From Chrysomallon squamiferum (Eukaryota > Animalia > Mollusca), in NCBI GenBank assembly GCA_012295275.1, contig CM022665.1, positions 6,324,001-6,388,000 on the forward strand: a stretch of 64,000 bases of DNA. The letters run 5' to 3'. How positions within the stretch are numbered: the stretch's first letter is position 1; each line of letters starts with the position of its first letter. The translations under genes were made by a program, and so were the position numbers. Under the pieces are notes generated by a model, which was given only the letters and a program-made list of their open reading frames with translations, did no database searches and was not told where the DNA came from. Positions 28,416-41,741 of this stretch are shown piece by piece.

Positions 28416-29958
28416 CATGCAGCAATTATATGAAATGATAAACCATAGTGTATTAATATTAGCTATATTTCTACATATTTAATCTTTTCCAAATTTTTGA
28501 TGCTTTTTTTTTTTTTTTTTAAAACAAACAAACAAAAAACATCAAACTATTTGGCCTTCTATTAGATTTTTGTCATTTTCTTTCTGGTGATGGTCATTAT
28601 TTTATTTATTTTTTTATATACCGTGATAAAAATTAAAATGTATAATTTTTTAAATGATTCAGTAGTACATTTAAAATGTAACATTTGTATTTAGAGAAGC
28701 ATTTTTATAAGTGATACAAATGATTGTAACAAACTATATGATAGATTACAAATATTCTTCACTGAGAATAGTTTTAAAATGTTTATGCAATGATATATAT
28801 GTACTGATGCCTACAAATGACAAATAAAAACACCAAACAAAATTTATAGTTTATGCGTTCTTTATTTTAAAAAGCTAAAAAAAAAACAAATTGCACAGTT
28901 GTTATGTATTAAAACATTTAATAGAACAACATGACTTTATTTGTGTATTTTGAATTTTATGACATTTTTAATAACAGGAAATTAAACAAAATCTCGCAAT
29001 CACATTACTCATTTAAATATTGAATCCAAGATAATGAGATAAATAAAAGCTACTAAAGGGCCCACTACCCAGCTAGATGACAAATCTATGCTGGAATAAT
29101 TGTAATGTCTGGCTGCAAGTACAAGAGTCCTTACATAAGCCACTGACTTTGCAAAATAATAATGAAAACGACTTTTAACAATGAGAGGTAACAATGCCAT
29201 TTTAAAATAAAATAAACCAGTAAGTAAAATGTGTATAAATAACAAATAAAAACAATGTTTCTATCGCACAAATGGCAATTTATACAATTAAATCAGTCTT
29301 GATTAATGTTTGAAAATGCATAAAAATCCAACCTCTCACTGTATAGAATTAACACTAATGACGTAAATGTGGTATTACTTCAAAAACGTTTTGTCAATCC
29401 CAAGTTCACCTGCAAGAAGAAATTGAATTTATAAAGAGAACTACAAGATTAAAAAAGGTGATATTTTTTTTTTTCTTTTTTCATATAATCTATTTAATTA
29501 CCTTTTAAATGATTTGATTCTATGAAAATATAGGTTATTTAAGAGCATGAAAATTACATGAATGATTGCAAATCCTCTTGTTGTCTTTTTTAGTTTCACT
29601 TACAGAATTATGCAGGATGCCTTTTCCCATGCAAAATTCCCCAGTTGTGATAAGAAACCAATAAAAACTTAAAAGATGTGGTTCATGAACTCATATATGT
29701 TTTTCTCGGATGCTTGCCACAATTTATTTGTTTGATGGCAGAATGTAAATTTTTTTTTCAAAATGTCACAAAATGTCTCATGTTTAAAGATTACAGGCCC
29801 GTTCAAATGGTTAATAAAGTAAAATATCGTGGGCTCCTTAAAATTATTATAATAAAGAAAATGTTTCTTTCTACTTACATTACAACACAAAGAGAACAGT
29901 TTGATCCACATTTTTCATCAAAAATAATAGATGCAATACGTTTCATTATTTTGGATGG

Positions 29959-30458
29959 TTATTCCATTGGAAAATCTTTCTTAACTGAGCAACAAGAACA
30001 GCACAGCTAAACAAATACATGAAATTAAAATAATAATAATAATTAAACTATTGTACTGTGAATAAGCTGAACTGCATTAACATCAGGACTTTTTTGTTAT
30101 TACTTTAAAAAATTTCATCTATTCATTTGATTGCTTACAATATAATTTATAACTCAAATTATGTCTTACTTAAATATCAAGTATAATTTATTTAATTAAA
30201 TTTTGGATGTGTTTTACTTTTATTTTATACATTCTTTTCATTTGCAGCACTTGAGTAATATTATTTTTTTGCTATTATGTAATTCTTTTCAAGACACTTA
30301 ATTTTGCCAAATTCTTTTGATACTTTATAAATATTTATTACTTCTAGAAGACACGTAATTTGCTTTAAATGTTAAAGGAATAAAATATTTGAATAAAGGA
30401 CATCATATCTGGGGCCAGATTAAAATACTTATTCTGAATTTTTTATATACTAGGTTTT

Positions 30459-30508
<50 letters not shown>

Positions 30509-31431
30509 CTATTGTTTTTTAAATATTTATCTTTGTGTCTGTTATATAGGATTATACAAAGCATTTACCTTACAGCACAACGCACAAAAACTGCATTTGC
30601 CAGGTCTGTAAAGTGAAATGAAATATGGGGTACTAAGCAACTACCATAATTAAAACGTATCAAACCTGAAATTATTTTCAGTATATAAAAATAATAGGAA
30701 TAAACATGCAGAATAGTCATATTTTGTCTGGGAGGGGTGATAAACTGTAAATTAATATATACAACTGTTATTTTATATATAATTATAAACAATAATTAAT
30801 AAATAAAAATTAAACCTCTGAATGATCTTTTACAAATTTATTCAATTCTTCACCCTGAACAGTTGTATTTACACTTACAAATATAGTATTGTTTAAATCT
30901 GTATTTTAGAGAACTGATTTGGGATTCTCAAAAATAACTAAACCTAAATCTCAAGATTAGAAATAATATATTGCAAGTAACTTCTTACACTTCTTGAGAT
31001 GGTGGTAAAGTCAGTGATGCACATGGAGTTGAAAATCTTCTTTTCTCATCAAATTTATTGCCACTACTGGTAACTGGTTTGATTTCAGCAAATGGTTCCT
31101 CTTTTATGACTTTACCACTTTCAGGAGGCGATTTCTTTATTTCACTCTTGTCCAACTGACTTTCTGCTTTTGATGAACTTTCCTTTTCAAAACTTTCTGC
31201 TTTTGATGAACTTTCCTTTTCAAAACTTCCTGCTTTTGATGAATTTTCCTTTTCAAAACTTTCTGCTTTTGATGAATTTTCCTTTTCGAAACTTTCTGCT
31301 TTTGATGAATTTTCCTTTTCCAGTTTATCGTTTGTCACAGCTTTTCTACTCTTCCTGTTTAAAGGACTTGCATCAGTTTCTAAATTATTCGCATCTGTAA
31401 TTGGCTGAGCAACGTCATCGTTGTCTGCCAT
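29959..31431 (-). CDS. Uncharacterised 175-aa protein with five 11-aa repeats and a Cys-rich C-terminus (3 coding exons)
   Basis: Exons 31431-30989 (donor GTAAGA), 30605-30569 (TTACAG acceptor, GTAAAT donor) and 30006-29959 (TTTAG acceptor, TAA stop) join in frame to end ...QEVPGKCSFCALCCKLCCSCCSVKKDFPME*. I do not recognise a homolog. Confidence 0.65.
31158..31322 (-). repeat. Coding 33-bp tandem repeat, five copies, encoding (F/L)EKE(N/S)SSKA(E/G)S
   Basis: Units of the form CTTTCTGCTTTTGATGAA(C/T)TTTCCTTTTC(A/G)AAA are directly visible on the plus strand. Confidence 0.95.
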
Positions 31432-32206
31432 TTCTTATAATGTGCATCATTATTATTTTTTGTATTAATTCCCCTGCACTTCAAATCTGGCAAATGAATG
31501 GTTCGACTTAGTTACTACATCCAAAACTGATAACCATTATGATCGCAACATCTTTTTAACATATGGCAAATAGTAACGTTATAACACAACGGATTTAAAA
31601 ACAATAATTAAATATATATATAAAGTTTGAGTTCCTAATGATTAGCTAACGACTTTAATGTAACTAATGAACATGCCATAAAAAAGAAAGTTAGAAGAAA
31701 AAAAACAATAAAAAAAAAAAAAGAGAAAAAAGTCCTTAATTTTTCTCCCCCCCGAAATATTAATCGTTGGTGAAAAATCAAAATGAAGATGTAGAGTTAC
31801 CTATCTTGCCGGAACACAAGGCCCAAAGGGGGTATATGCTGTATATTCAATTACAATTTACACGAATAATATTCTTGGATGTACATATTTTGCATCACAA
31901 ACTCTCAGTTGTCTTCTATAAAAAAAACATATCTTCAGCAACAATGCACGCACCAACAATTAAGAATCAATACCAAAAATACACAAACAACCACAAAAAC
32001 AAAACAAGAGCTATAATATTTTTTTTATTTGGCAATTATTATTTTTAGGACCATCAAGTATCATAAACAATTTTCTGTAACAATTTCCATATCTTTGTAT
32101 ACAATAATTTCACATCATTGAACTATCTGAAAAATGTACAATTATTACAACCAATTATTCATAACATAAAACAGTTATATTGTTCATAATTATATCATTC
32201 TGTTAA

Positions 32207-35200
32207 TCAGTAACCAAACTTTTCATTTAAATGTGTTTTGCCATCTCCAGATTGACCTGAAATAAATAAAATATAGTAGAACAGTCAGGCTATAGAAATG
32301 ATTAAATTATTGATTTGCAATATCTTTAATGAATTACGATTATATTAAAATAAAATTATTTTTCATATTTTTATTCATCGTTTTTTTTTCCTAATAAACA
32401 TGAAGTAGAAAAAATGATTATATTTACAGCTAATTGTAAAACAATTCAAATGATGAATTAAAGCAATTAGAATTCTTTGAATGCCATAATATTTTAAGAA
32501 AATGTTTATTTGTTGTTTTAAGTTATATATTAATAATACCTTTTGGAGGCAACCAGACTGCGTAATCTGGATCAGATGCATCATAATCAACACTCAATTC
32601 ATCTGACTTTGACTTTTTTGTCTGAAAATAATTAAAATAGTTAAAAATTATTATTATTTCATATCTTAATGAATTAATTTGTATTCCAGTAACACACACA
32701 CAAAAAAGAAGGTTTTAATTAATAACTTTTCCCACCAAATTTTATTTCTAGAATCATTTGTTTATATTCCAGAACAATTTATTTCATTTATTTATTACTC
32801 AAGATAACCAACATATAATAACTGTCTGTAGCATTTGAAAAAAGTTATTTAAATATGTACACAGTAAAATCCATTTAAAATGACAGAACTGCTAATCCTT
32901 TTATGTTTTTTTTTGTGTTTTTTTAATTTATGTGATATTCAGTATATCTGGATATCTTCATGAAATTTGTTTGTTTATTTTAACAATATATATATAATCA
33001 ATTAGCACATAAATATATTTATTTGGTTTTTTTTTGTAAAATGACTAAATAAAATTTTGCAGGGGGGAAAAAGAATTAAAAATTAAACATATTTACTTAC
33101 AACAGATTTAGTGGTGAGATCATTAGAACTTCTTTTTGTGGGTTTTTTGCTAAGTGCAACATCCATATTGATATCTGTAATTTGAAATAAAATCATAAAA
33201 AAATTAATTATTGCAGATGTTTTAAAAATTGAGGAACGTTTTGAATCTTCTTTATTTTCTCTTTATAATTCACTTGATCTTTACCATTAAAACATTCATT
33301 CATATTCACATAACCATTCAAATTTCCAACAGTCTGAATATTTCAACAGCCAGTTATTGGCTAAGTCCACTGCAAAATAACTATTTTTATTCTTCCTTGG
33401 AAGTTAAATGAGTTTGGAATAAGAAGGAAGGAGAGGTCAGGTTGACCCATCCAGAAATGTAAGCTTAAATAAACTAGCATTTTTTCCCAGGTTAATCTAT
33501 ATATATATATATATATATACAGTGGTATCTTGACTTGCGAGTTTAATTCATTCTGTGACCTAGCTCATATCTCAGAATGCTCGTATGTCAAATCAATTTT
33601 CCCAAATGAAATTAACTGATATACCATTAATTATTTCCAGCCACCCAAAAACCACCCCAATTTTTTGTAACTTGTTTTTAAATAAGAAAAATATATGTAT
33701 AAATGACAAATATTGTGTAAAAAACAAAATAAAAAAATGTTAAGAAATAAATTGGTTTTGTAAAGTGTATAGGGTTAGGGTTTCTCCATCTTTTCATGGA
33801 CAGAGGTCCACAGCTTAGAAATTATTTTAACACCTTTGGCTGAAGTTATAGCCTTTATTGACTCCTTCTGCTTCAGTATGGTACATATTGTAAAAGTACT
33901 ATGCTTGTACTGGCTAGCCATGTTGACTACACGCACACCTCATTCATGTTTTTCTATGATTTCATGCTTTAATTCAGTGGACATCATCCGCTTCTTCTTC
34001 TCAGAACTGTCCTTTGCACTCACTTGCTTAGGATCCATGGAATTTTTGCTAAATACTGCACAAAACATGAGCACAACACAACAGATGCTTCCACAGCGAG
34101 GTAACCATGTGAAGCAAACGAGTGAGATGCAGGATGCTTGGTGGATGTTATGTTGTGTTGTTCAGTGCACCAACTAGCAGCAGCATATCTGAAGCTCACT
34201 CATAAGTCAGATTTTGGCTCGCAACTCAAAGCAAAAAATCGACCAGGCAACTGCTCATAACTTGGAACTCATAAGTTGGAACACTTGTAAGTCAAGGTAC
34301 CACTGTATAATGTATCTAGATTTTAATTAGAACTGTGCAGCTCAGATGTCCAAAGTCTATGTGCTAAAACACCAACATTTCAGTAAATATAAGACTATCA
34401 TCTACAGTATGTCACCAGTATACATGGTCACAGAATACAATCTTAGTCTTGTCATCTGCAGTCCTTCTAAATAAAACAGTTAAAAAGGGGTTTGGCAGTT
34501 GATGTCTAAATACAAAAAAGGTACAAGTTTTCGTAAGATTCTGCATTAGTTGGTAACATTCTGGATGACCAGTGACTGAAAAAAACACAAAGTGTACAAA
34601 GTCTGAAAAACTCAAAGGTTCTGCAGGATTCAGTGGAAAATCTTGGGTTTTGTGGAAGATGAAACAAAATACCTTTTGTAAGCAAATTAAAGATACTTTT
34701 AAAATGACTAATTACAGTATTTGAATGCTGCAAAAAAACTATACCCAAACAGTGGTAGTTAAAGAATGTAAAGACCATCCCAAAGATGGAAGAGAAACCC
34801 TATAGGGGCAGAGGTCTCTTTAACTGTACACTAAATAAAAATTATCTGGTTTCAGGTGAAAAAAATATAACTGTACATATTTCTGCAAAATGAATTTTAT
34901 AACTAAATTATTACACAATCTTCCAAAACTGTAGAAGTATTAGTAATGTTAAAAAAATGACTTTTACATTATCAAGCTATACCTGGAGAAGGTTGACTAG
35001 GTCCTTTTATTTTTGTCTCTGTCTGTTTTTGTGTTATCTTTTCACAGTCAGCCACTTTATCTGGAATTGATTCATGAAGTTTGTCATCTGATGTCTGTGG
35101 ATCTTTCTTTTCTTTGACTGAAGATTTTTTATCTCTCTGTTCTTCATCCTCTTCTTCCTCCTCCTCATCGTCACTGTCATCCTCCTCTGGTTTACTGTCC

Positions 35201-38200
35201 ACAGGCTAGAACAAACATATTGAAACCTATTACAAATATGAATCTGTTTCTTAAATTATGTAAAAAGAGGAAGGTGTCAATCAATCTGATCAAGTATGAA
35301 ATATTTATATATTAAATGACTGTAATTCTTTAATTATGAAATAATAATTAATTAACTGGCTGGACTGATGCCAGGTATGTCTTGGAGTCAAATCAATCCT
35401 CCTCTCAGTCCCAGACCAAAATCAACTTGACCCGTTTAACATTATTCACACCAATCCGATATAATAACTAAAATCCAGAATTAGTAACTGATTTAATGAT
35501 GGCTCTAATATACCATTGTTAACATTATAGTATAATCATAACAAGAACTAATGCAGATGTTCCATCTGTACCTGAACTACAAATTTCTTCAAATTTGTTT
35601 TATGTATTTTCATTCTTCCCACTAATGCTGGATTTGGTTGAACTACTGTTTTACTTTGTAATGTGGGTCTGGAATAACAACAAAGAGTAAAATATGTTAG
35701 TTGTAAACAAAACAAACCATAATATCTGAAAATTATTGGAAGAAAGAATTACTGATTGCAATTAGAAAATTTATAGCGTTTGTTAATCACAAGGAAGAAA
35801 CCAATATTTGTTGACAAGGAGATGAAAACAAATATAATATAGTCCTTCATTTAAAATTGACATCAAATACAGAAAAACATGTAATAAAATATTGTACAAA
35901 ACCAACAATATCTCATTCTTTGCTAGGTACTAATGTGTAATTAATTCAAAGAAAAATTAAATTTGTGATAATTCTGTGATGCACACTGTAACAGTTAAAC
36001 AACCTCCCATAAATGATTTCCCTCTACAGAACATGCATATCTTTAATTTGATGGAGGCCAATCATTAATTCTAACAGATGTCTTTTAACTGTGTTTTGAA
36101 AGAGGTCTTCTGCATCAAACAAACATGAAATCCGTCAATGTTATTACGAACTAACTTAATGATTTCTGGTAACGTAGCAGGTTTTGCAATATTAACCAAA
36201 CTCCTCAGTCTCATTTCATCTTTTTTTAGCTCAATAAGCTGACATTTCAGATTCATTCGAGTTTTAGTGTCCATGACACCACACTTAATGGCTGACATGT
36301 AAGCATCTAGAGCATCCTCTTCTTCATTTTCAAACACAGTAGCATCTGTAAGGACAAAGATATTCTAGAAATAATTTTACTTGCAAAGACAATCATAGTA
36401 CTTGCTGACTTACTAAGATCTTCATATTTAAAATAACACCATCTTTTAAATGTGGTTCTTCTAACTAATAAACTATAGTCATGTAAATCCATTAGCCATT
36501 TAGAGATTTATAACACAAAGCTCTAACAAATATTGAATATAATTTGAATTAAAATGAAAGCAATCACTCAGTTGCAATCTTCACAGCATTCAGTACTTCT
36601 GAACACAAATGCAGGGGTTGGATAAGGAACAGCATTAAATAAACCTCTTTATGGCAAAACTGAAACATTTCTTTTCTTCTGTTATGGTATAAATACATAA
36701 ATGACCGTATATCTTTATTTTTTGTTCATATACATCTAATCAAAAACATATCTACCTTCTTTTGCTTGTGCTAATTTGTTTTCAATTTCCTCTATCTGGT
36801 TAGAAACATCCTTGTGTTTTTCAAGCTGAGAAAAATAAAGGTAACAGATATAAAAACACTTCCATTATGAGAACAGTTCAATTTAAATTGTCTTTTGCAA
36901 TTAAATTTAAATAATTCTTAACTGAAAGCAGTTTATCATTTTTTGTGAATGTAAAACAAAATGATTAAGATTTACAAGAGATTCGTATGTTTCCGTTTTG
37001 TTTTCTGCCTTTCCCATTTTTTTCATTCGCAAAATTCTTTTTTTCTCTATGGTCCCAGTGCGGTCCAGAAATGTGTCTTCATCACTGTCATAGAAATCAT
37101 CGTCTTCCCAGTTTTTTCCCTTCCTCTCTCTGCTCTCTGAAAAAAAAAATATATATAAAATAATAATAAACATTTTAAATATATTTATTTTTGTATTATG
37201 TATTTATAATACAATTCCACACAAATGCTGCACTATAGCTATTTTTCACTAGGTCAGTATTATTTCAACTGTCCTAGTGTTGCTTTTATAATTATAATTC
37301 ATAGAAATTAATTTACCAACTGCTGGTAAAATATTAAATAATGTGAAATATCTTTCTTAAAATAATTTTAAGTTTTTTTTTTTTGTTTTTTTTTTAACTT
37401 TTTTAACTCTTTTTTTTATATATATATATTCTAGGAAATAATGTAAACAGCCTTACCATGTTTTGATGCTCTGAGCACTCCTAACTTGTCAAGGATTCTG
37501 CAAGCCTCAAGTGCACACTGAACTACAGCATCTTTTCTCTTTCCTGAAACAATAGCCTCAGCAACAATTGGTTCACCAGTTGGACTATCCACAGGAAGTC
37601 TAAGATAGAAAAGATAAATGATTAATAAATTTCAAACAAAATTTAGCAGATTTATCAGCAGGTTATAATGAGGTACTGATCAGTATATCTTTATCAGGAG
37701 AGAATGAACACTATCTGTTTAACAGTAAATCATTAATGAACAGAAAGATAAGGGTCATTCCGTGTCAAATCACCCAATGGTTTAAACCCGACCGTCTCAG
37801 ATTTTTATGAAACTTGGTATACTTGTTGACTGGGATCCCACAGCACCAAATCTGAAATTTTAGCTCAATCAGACCAGTGGTGTGGGAGATACGGCCCACC
37901 AAAAATGGGGGTGACCACCAACCTTAGAACCCTCATATCTTAGAAACTACTGGGCCAATCTTCATAAAATTGGTATTGTTAGAAAGGCAAAATGACAAGG
38001 ATTCCAAATTTGCCATTTTTGTTTAGTTTGCAAAATATTGGAGTACCTTGACCTTTTGACCTTTGCTATGACCTTGAAATTGACCATGTGGATCACGTGA
38101 TCTTGAGATGACCTTTATTGAAATTTAATCTCCCACATATTAACTAAAACATATAAAAGTTTCCTGGGTGTAATATTTTTTGTTTAGCCACAATATAGAT

Positions 38201-38722
38201 TTAAAAAATGCACATATATGAAAATAACACCTTTTCAGCCATTAACATCTGATTAACTAAAACCTGAATGATCAATTCTGGATGCTAGGAATCACCATCT
38301 CTCTTTTTTTGGGGGGGTGATTTGACACGGAATGACCCATAAGTAAAAATTTAATATGCAATAAAACAAGTATGATGTTACCAACTGCAGTCAAATAAAG
38401 TAAAACAGAAATAGACTGATTCAATTTTTTTTAAAAAACACCCTTCTAATTAAGGAAACTACTGTACAAAAATGTCCAGTACTTACTCAACTGTGCACTT
38501 ATGTTTTCCAATGGCTGCTTCCACAAACTGATAGTCTGGAAGATCATAACCTGTAGAACAATAATGAGAAAAAAACAATATTACAAACTGATTATAAAAG
38601 TATCTTAAATTTCAAGTTATATAAATTCCTTATTTAGATAGCAGTGGATGGTTTACAGTTTTCAACATTCTAACATTAAAACACATTGTAGAAAATGTAT
38701 TTAGGTTATTTCTAAAATACAA

Positions 38723-38774
<52 letters not shown>

Positions 38775-41741
38775 TTCACATACACTTTAAATAATTACAG
38801 ACCTTCTCTTTCAAAATATCCTTTGAGTGCTTTCTTTGGATCATCTATGTAAAGATGTTCATCTTTAGCCACCAGTGAAATAAGTGGATTTCCTTCTACA
38901 GGCTCTTCGGCATCTTCACCTAAATGTTCAATGCAAATCTTTATAATACAACTTAAAACAGTTTGGTAAAGAAATATAAAATAAGCATGAGCCTAAGCCT
39001 TCATTATTCATATTAATATATAAAGCTGAGGCTTAATTACCATGTAAATTATTACTATGAAAATACCACAAACAGACATCTGCAAATTTAAGAAATAGTA
39101 ATTAAAATCAACCATGTCAAAAACATATGCTTAATAACATTTTCAAAAAAAAAAATAATTATAATAAGATAAGACAAGAAGAGATGAGATGAGATGAGAT
39201 GAGATAAGATAATAAAATAAAATAAAATAATAATAATAACACTACTACTAATAATAATTGTCTGTTTGTAGAATTGTAATGTTCATACTAATGCCCCAGG
39301 AACATCCTTCACTGTCAAGGTTCTGACTCTCTAAACTTGCTCTCAACTGCTCCTCGTGAAGTTCAGCTTGTCTCAGAAATTCTACTTCTCTCTTTTGACG
39401 TTCCCTCTGTTCTTTCAGTTCTGAAACTGTCAAATTTGATTCCTCTTCCTGATCATCGTCTGGTCCCTCAAAAAATTCAATTTGATCATTTAATCTTTGC
39501 ATGCAGACATTTTCTTTCTTTTTTTTACATAAGCAGTTTCAAATGATAGTTCCTATTCAGTACATATCTGAGATCTATGATTTATCAGCATATGTACTGT
39601 ATAAATATGACCAAATTTGCTTTAGTTTTTAAAACCATTTTTAAACAAATAATGCACCAACAGAGTAGATTTGAAACATACAGAATTTAGTAGTAGTAGT
39701 TTAACAAGGAATCAGCTGATCTCACCACAGGTTATCTTTCCATGGGTGAAAAACTGAAATCACCATAAATTTCATTTCTTACTGGGCAAAGTCACTGTAC
39801 ATGATATTGTTAAAACACATTAATATATAAATGTATTATCATTCAGTGCATGTTGTTTATATATTTTAATAACTTGTAGGTGGCATGCTTTTCTTCAGAC
39901 TTTGGTGTTCCAACTTTCAGCATATAGGATGTGAATACATCCATAAATGAATGAATTATGAAAAATATTTCTTTGCAATGAATTCTGTACAAATTAGTAG
40001 GAATAAATCTGATTTTTTTTTTATTACAATTCAAGTCAATTAACTGTTCATACCAATACTGTGAAGTGATATAATTTAATCCACTTGATAGTGATGGTCT
40101 TAGAAAACCATGGTAATGATCAAAAGATGGTAAGATTTAAGACAGCATTGTGTACATAAACAGAATAGGATCAGCTGTGATTAATCTTACATCTGATCCT
40201 TAGCATCAAAAACTGCATTTATTAAAAAACTGCTCCCAGAAATGCAGTCATCATTCACATTTAAATACATACACACATACTTTGATTGCATGTATTTCAT
40301 TCATGAGAAAATATATTTAAAAATGCACTGAACGATTATCAGTTTAATAATCTGATCATATTAAACAGCACCAATACTTTCTATTTGCACATAAAATGCA
40401 TGGTGACTTTGCCCATTGTGAAATGGAATTTACTCTGATTTCACCTGTGGATTGATCACCTGAGTGAGATCACTCTACTCCATTTATGTTTATTCATTTT
40501 TTTTTTTTTTAATGGATTCAGTGTTTAAACTAATGCATTTTCTTGTTTATTTACATGTTAAAACATCTAAAATCCATGCTTTGACAAATAAATACACCAA
40601 AATTACATTAATTGCAACTAAATTAATACATATTTAGACATTTTACATTTTTCATTTTAATGCGAGTTAAAAATCAAAAATAGTTTTAAAACTTAAATAA
40701 ATTGCAAGAAATAGAATTTCTACTAATAACAAAAGTGAGTGTCATAATGGTAAATGTTTATCATGTGATAAGCAAATGTCTGTGGTCAGTCCGTATTTTA
40801 TGAAAATTCTAGAACTGTTTATTTTGAAAACAGTTTCTCAGTGAAAATAAATATGTGTGTTGTTGACATTCCTACTGATATTAAATTTGCAACAGAAGGT
40901 ATTATCAAATTAAGTATTATGTTAATCAGAAAATACAAAACCATTACGGCATTAGAAAATCACTGAATATACATTATGCAGGTTATTAAAATAGTCACTT
41001 TCTATATATGTTTAAATACTATGTTATGGCCAGAGATTGTTTAGGAGTGGGTTAGATTGAAAATCTAACAATATTTACTTGTAAAACATGAAGTCTTGTG
41101 CTTCCGCCGAATTTAACTACATGTCCCACTCTAACTCGATGGTAAATTTTAGGTTTCACTTTTATTTTGTTCACCCATGTGCCATGTGTACTGTCTAAAT
41201 CATACAAATACCACCCTTTGTTATGTTCGTCACTATGATCACCACAGTACTGTAAAACAGCATGATAGCGAGATAATGATGGATGCTCTAAAGTATAATC
41301 ACAACTTGGTAGTCGACCGAAAACGTAATATGGTTTCTTAGTTAAGTCAATATTATCGATAATTGCTCCATTTTTTAAAACTTCAAAGCTATATTTTGCA
41401 TCTGCCAATCCGCTCCATGCAGGTTCTTTATACGGAAAAACAACTTGTGGCTGTTTCAGTATTTCCGCTGGTGAAAGGTTTATTGGTTTCACGTTTGGAA
41501 TTTCTGATTGTTGTTTTGAATCATCATCGACATCGTGACTATGACCAACTCTACCACTATCTAAAGTATATTCGGGAAGCTTCTTTGTTTTATCTATAGG
41601 TTTTAATAATCCTTCAGGAACTTTGAAACTGTCTTTGTTGGCATTTTCTGTATCACAAACTGACGTAGGATTAACTGTTTCATCGCTGTTTTGACATGAA
41701 TTGTCTGAGTTCACAATTTCACAAGTCGCATCTTCCGCCAT
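32207..41741 (-). CDS. SLC4A1AP: Kanadaptin (FHA domain plus dsRBD-like region), 13 coding exons
   Basis: Exon 1 (41741-41079) encodes an FHA domain (VFGRLPSCDYTLEHPSLSRYHAVLQ, DLDSTHGTWVN, FGGSTR). Later exons give DPKKALKGYFEREG, CALEACRILD and NWEDDDFYDSDEDTFLDRTG. The C-terminus is DPDYAVWLPPKGQSGDGKTHLNEKFGY* with TGA at 32207-32209. Confidence 0.95.
33520..34305 (-). mobile_element. Tigger/pogo-family (Tc1/mariner) internally deleted DNA transposon
   Basis: Imperfect TIRs of about 23 bp (CAGTGGTATCTTGACTTGCGAGT ... ACTTGTAAGTCAAGGTACCACTG) flanked by TA. Minus-strand remnant 34038-33781 reads MDPKQVSAKDSSEKKKRMMSTELKHEIIEKHE*GVRVVNMA...TILKQKESIK, a CENP-B/psq-type HTH with an in-frame stop. 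Confidence 0.88.
37752..38338. mobile_element. Non-autonomous DNA transposon (MITE) with a 4-bp TSD, Sola-like
   Basis: Perfect 24-bp TIR GGGTCATTCCGTGTCAAATCACCC at both ends. ATAA is duplicated at 37748-37751 and 38339-38342. No ORF. Confidence 0.88.
39708..40481. mobile_element. Old MITE-like element with degenerate inverted repeats of about 90 bp
   Basis: TGATCTCAC...TGAAATCA..TAAATTTCATTTC..TGGGCAAAGTCAC at about 39717-39797 is matched in inverted form by GTGACTTTGCCCA..GAAATGGAATTTA..TGATTTCA...GTGAGATCA at about 40403-40472. Confidence 0.65.

Noticed and set aside
31170-31400. Plus-strand ORF with (MNFPFQNFLLL)n; array-like appearance
   Set aside because: Antisense shadow of the orphan gene's 33-bp coding repeat. 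There are no spacers, so it is not a CRISPR array.
33836-34177. 113-aa plus-strand ORF
   Set aside because: Antisense to the Tigger transposase remnant.
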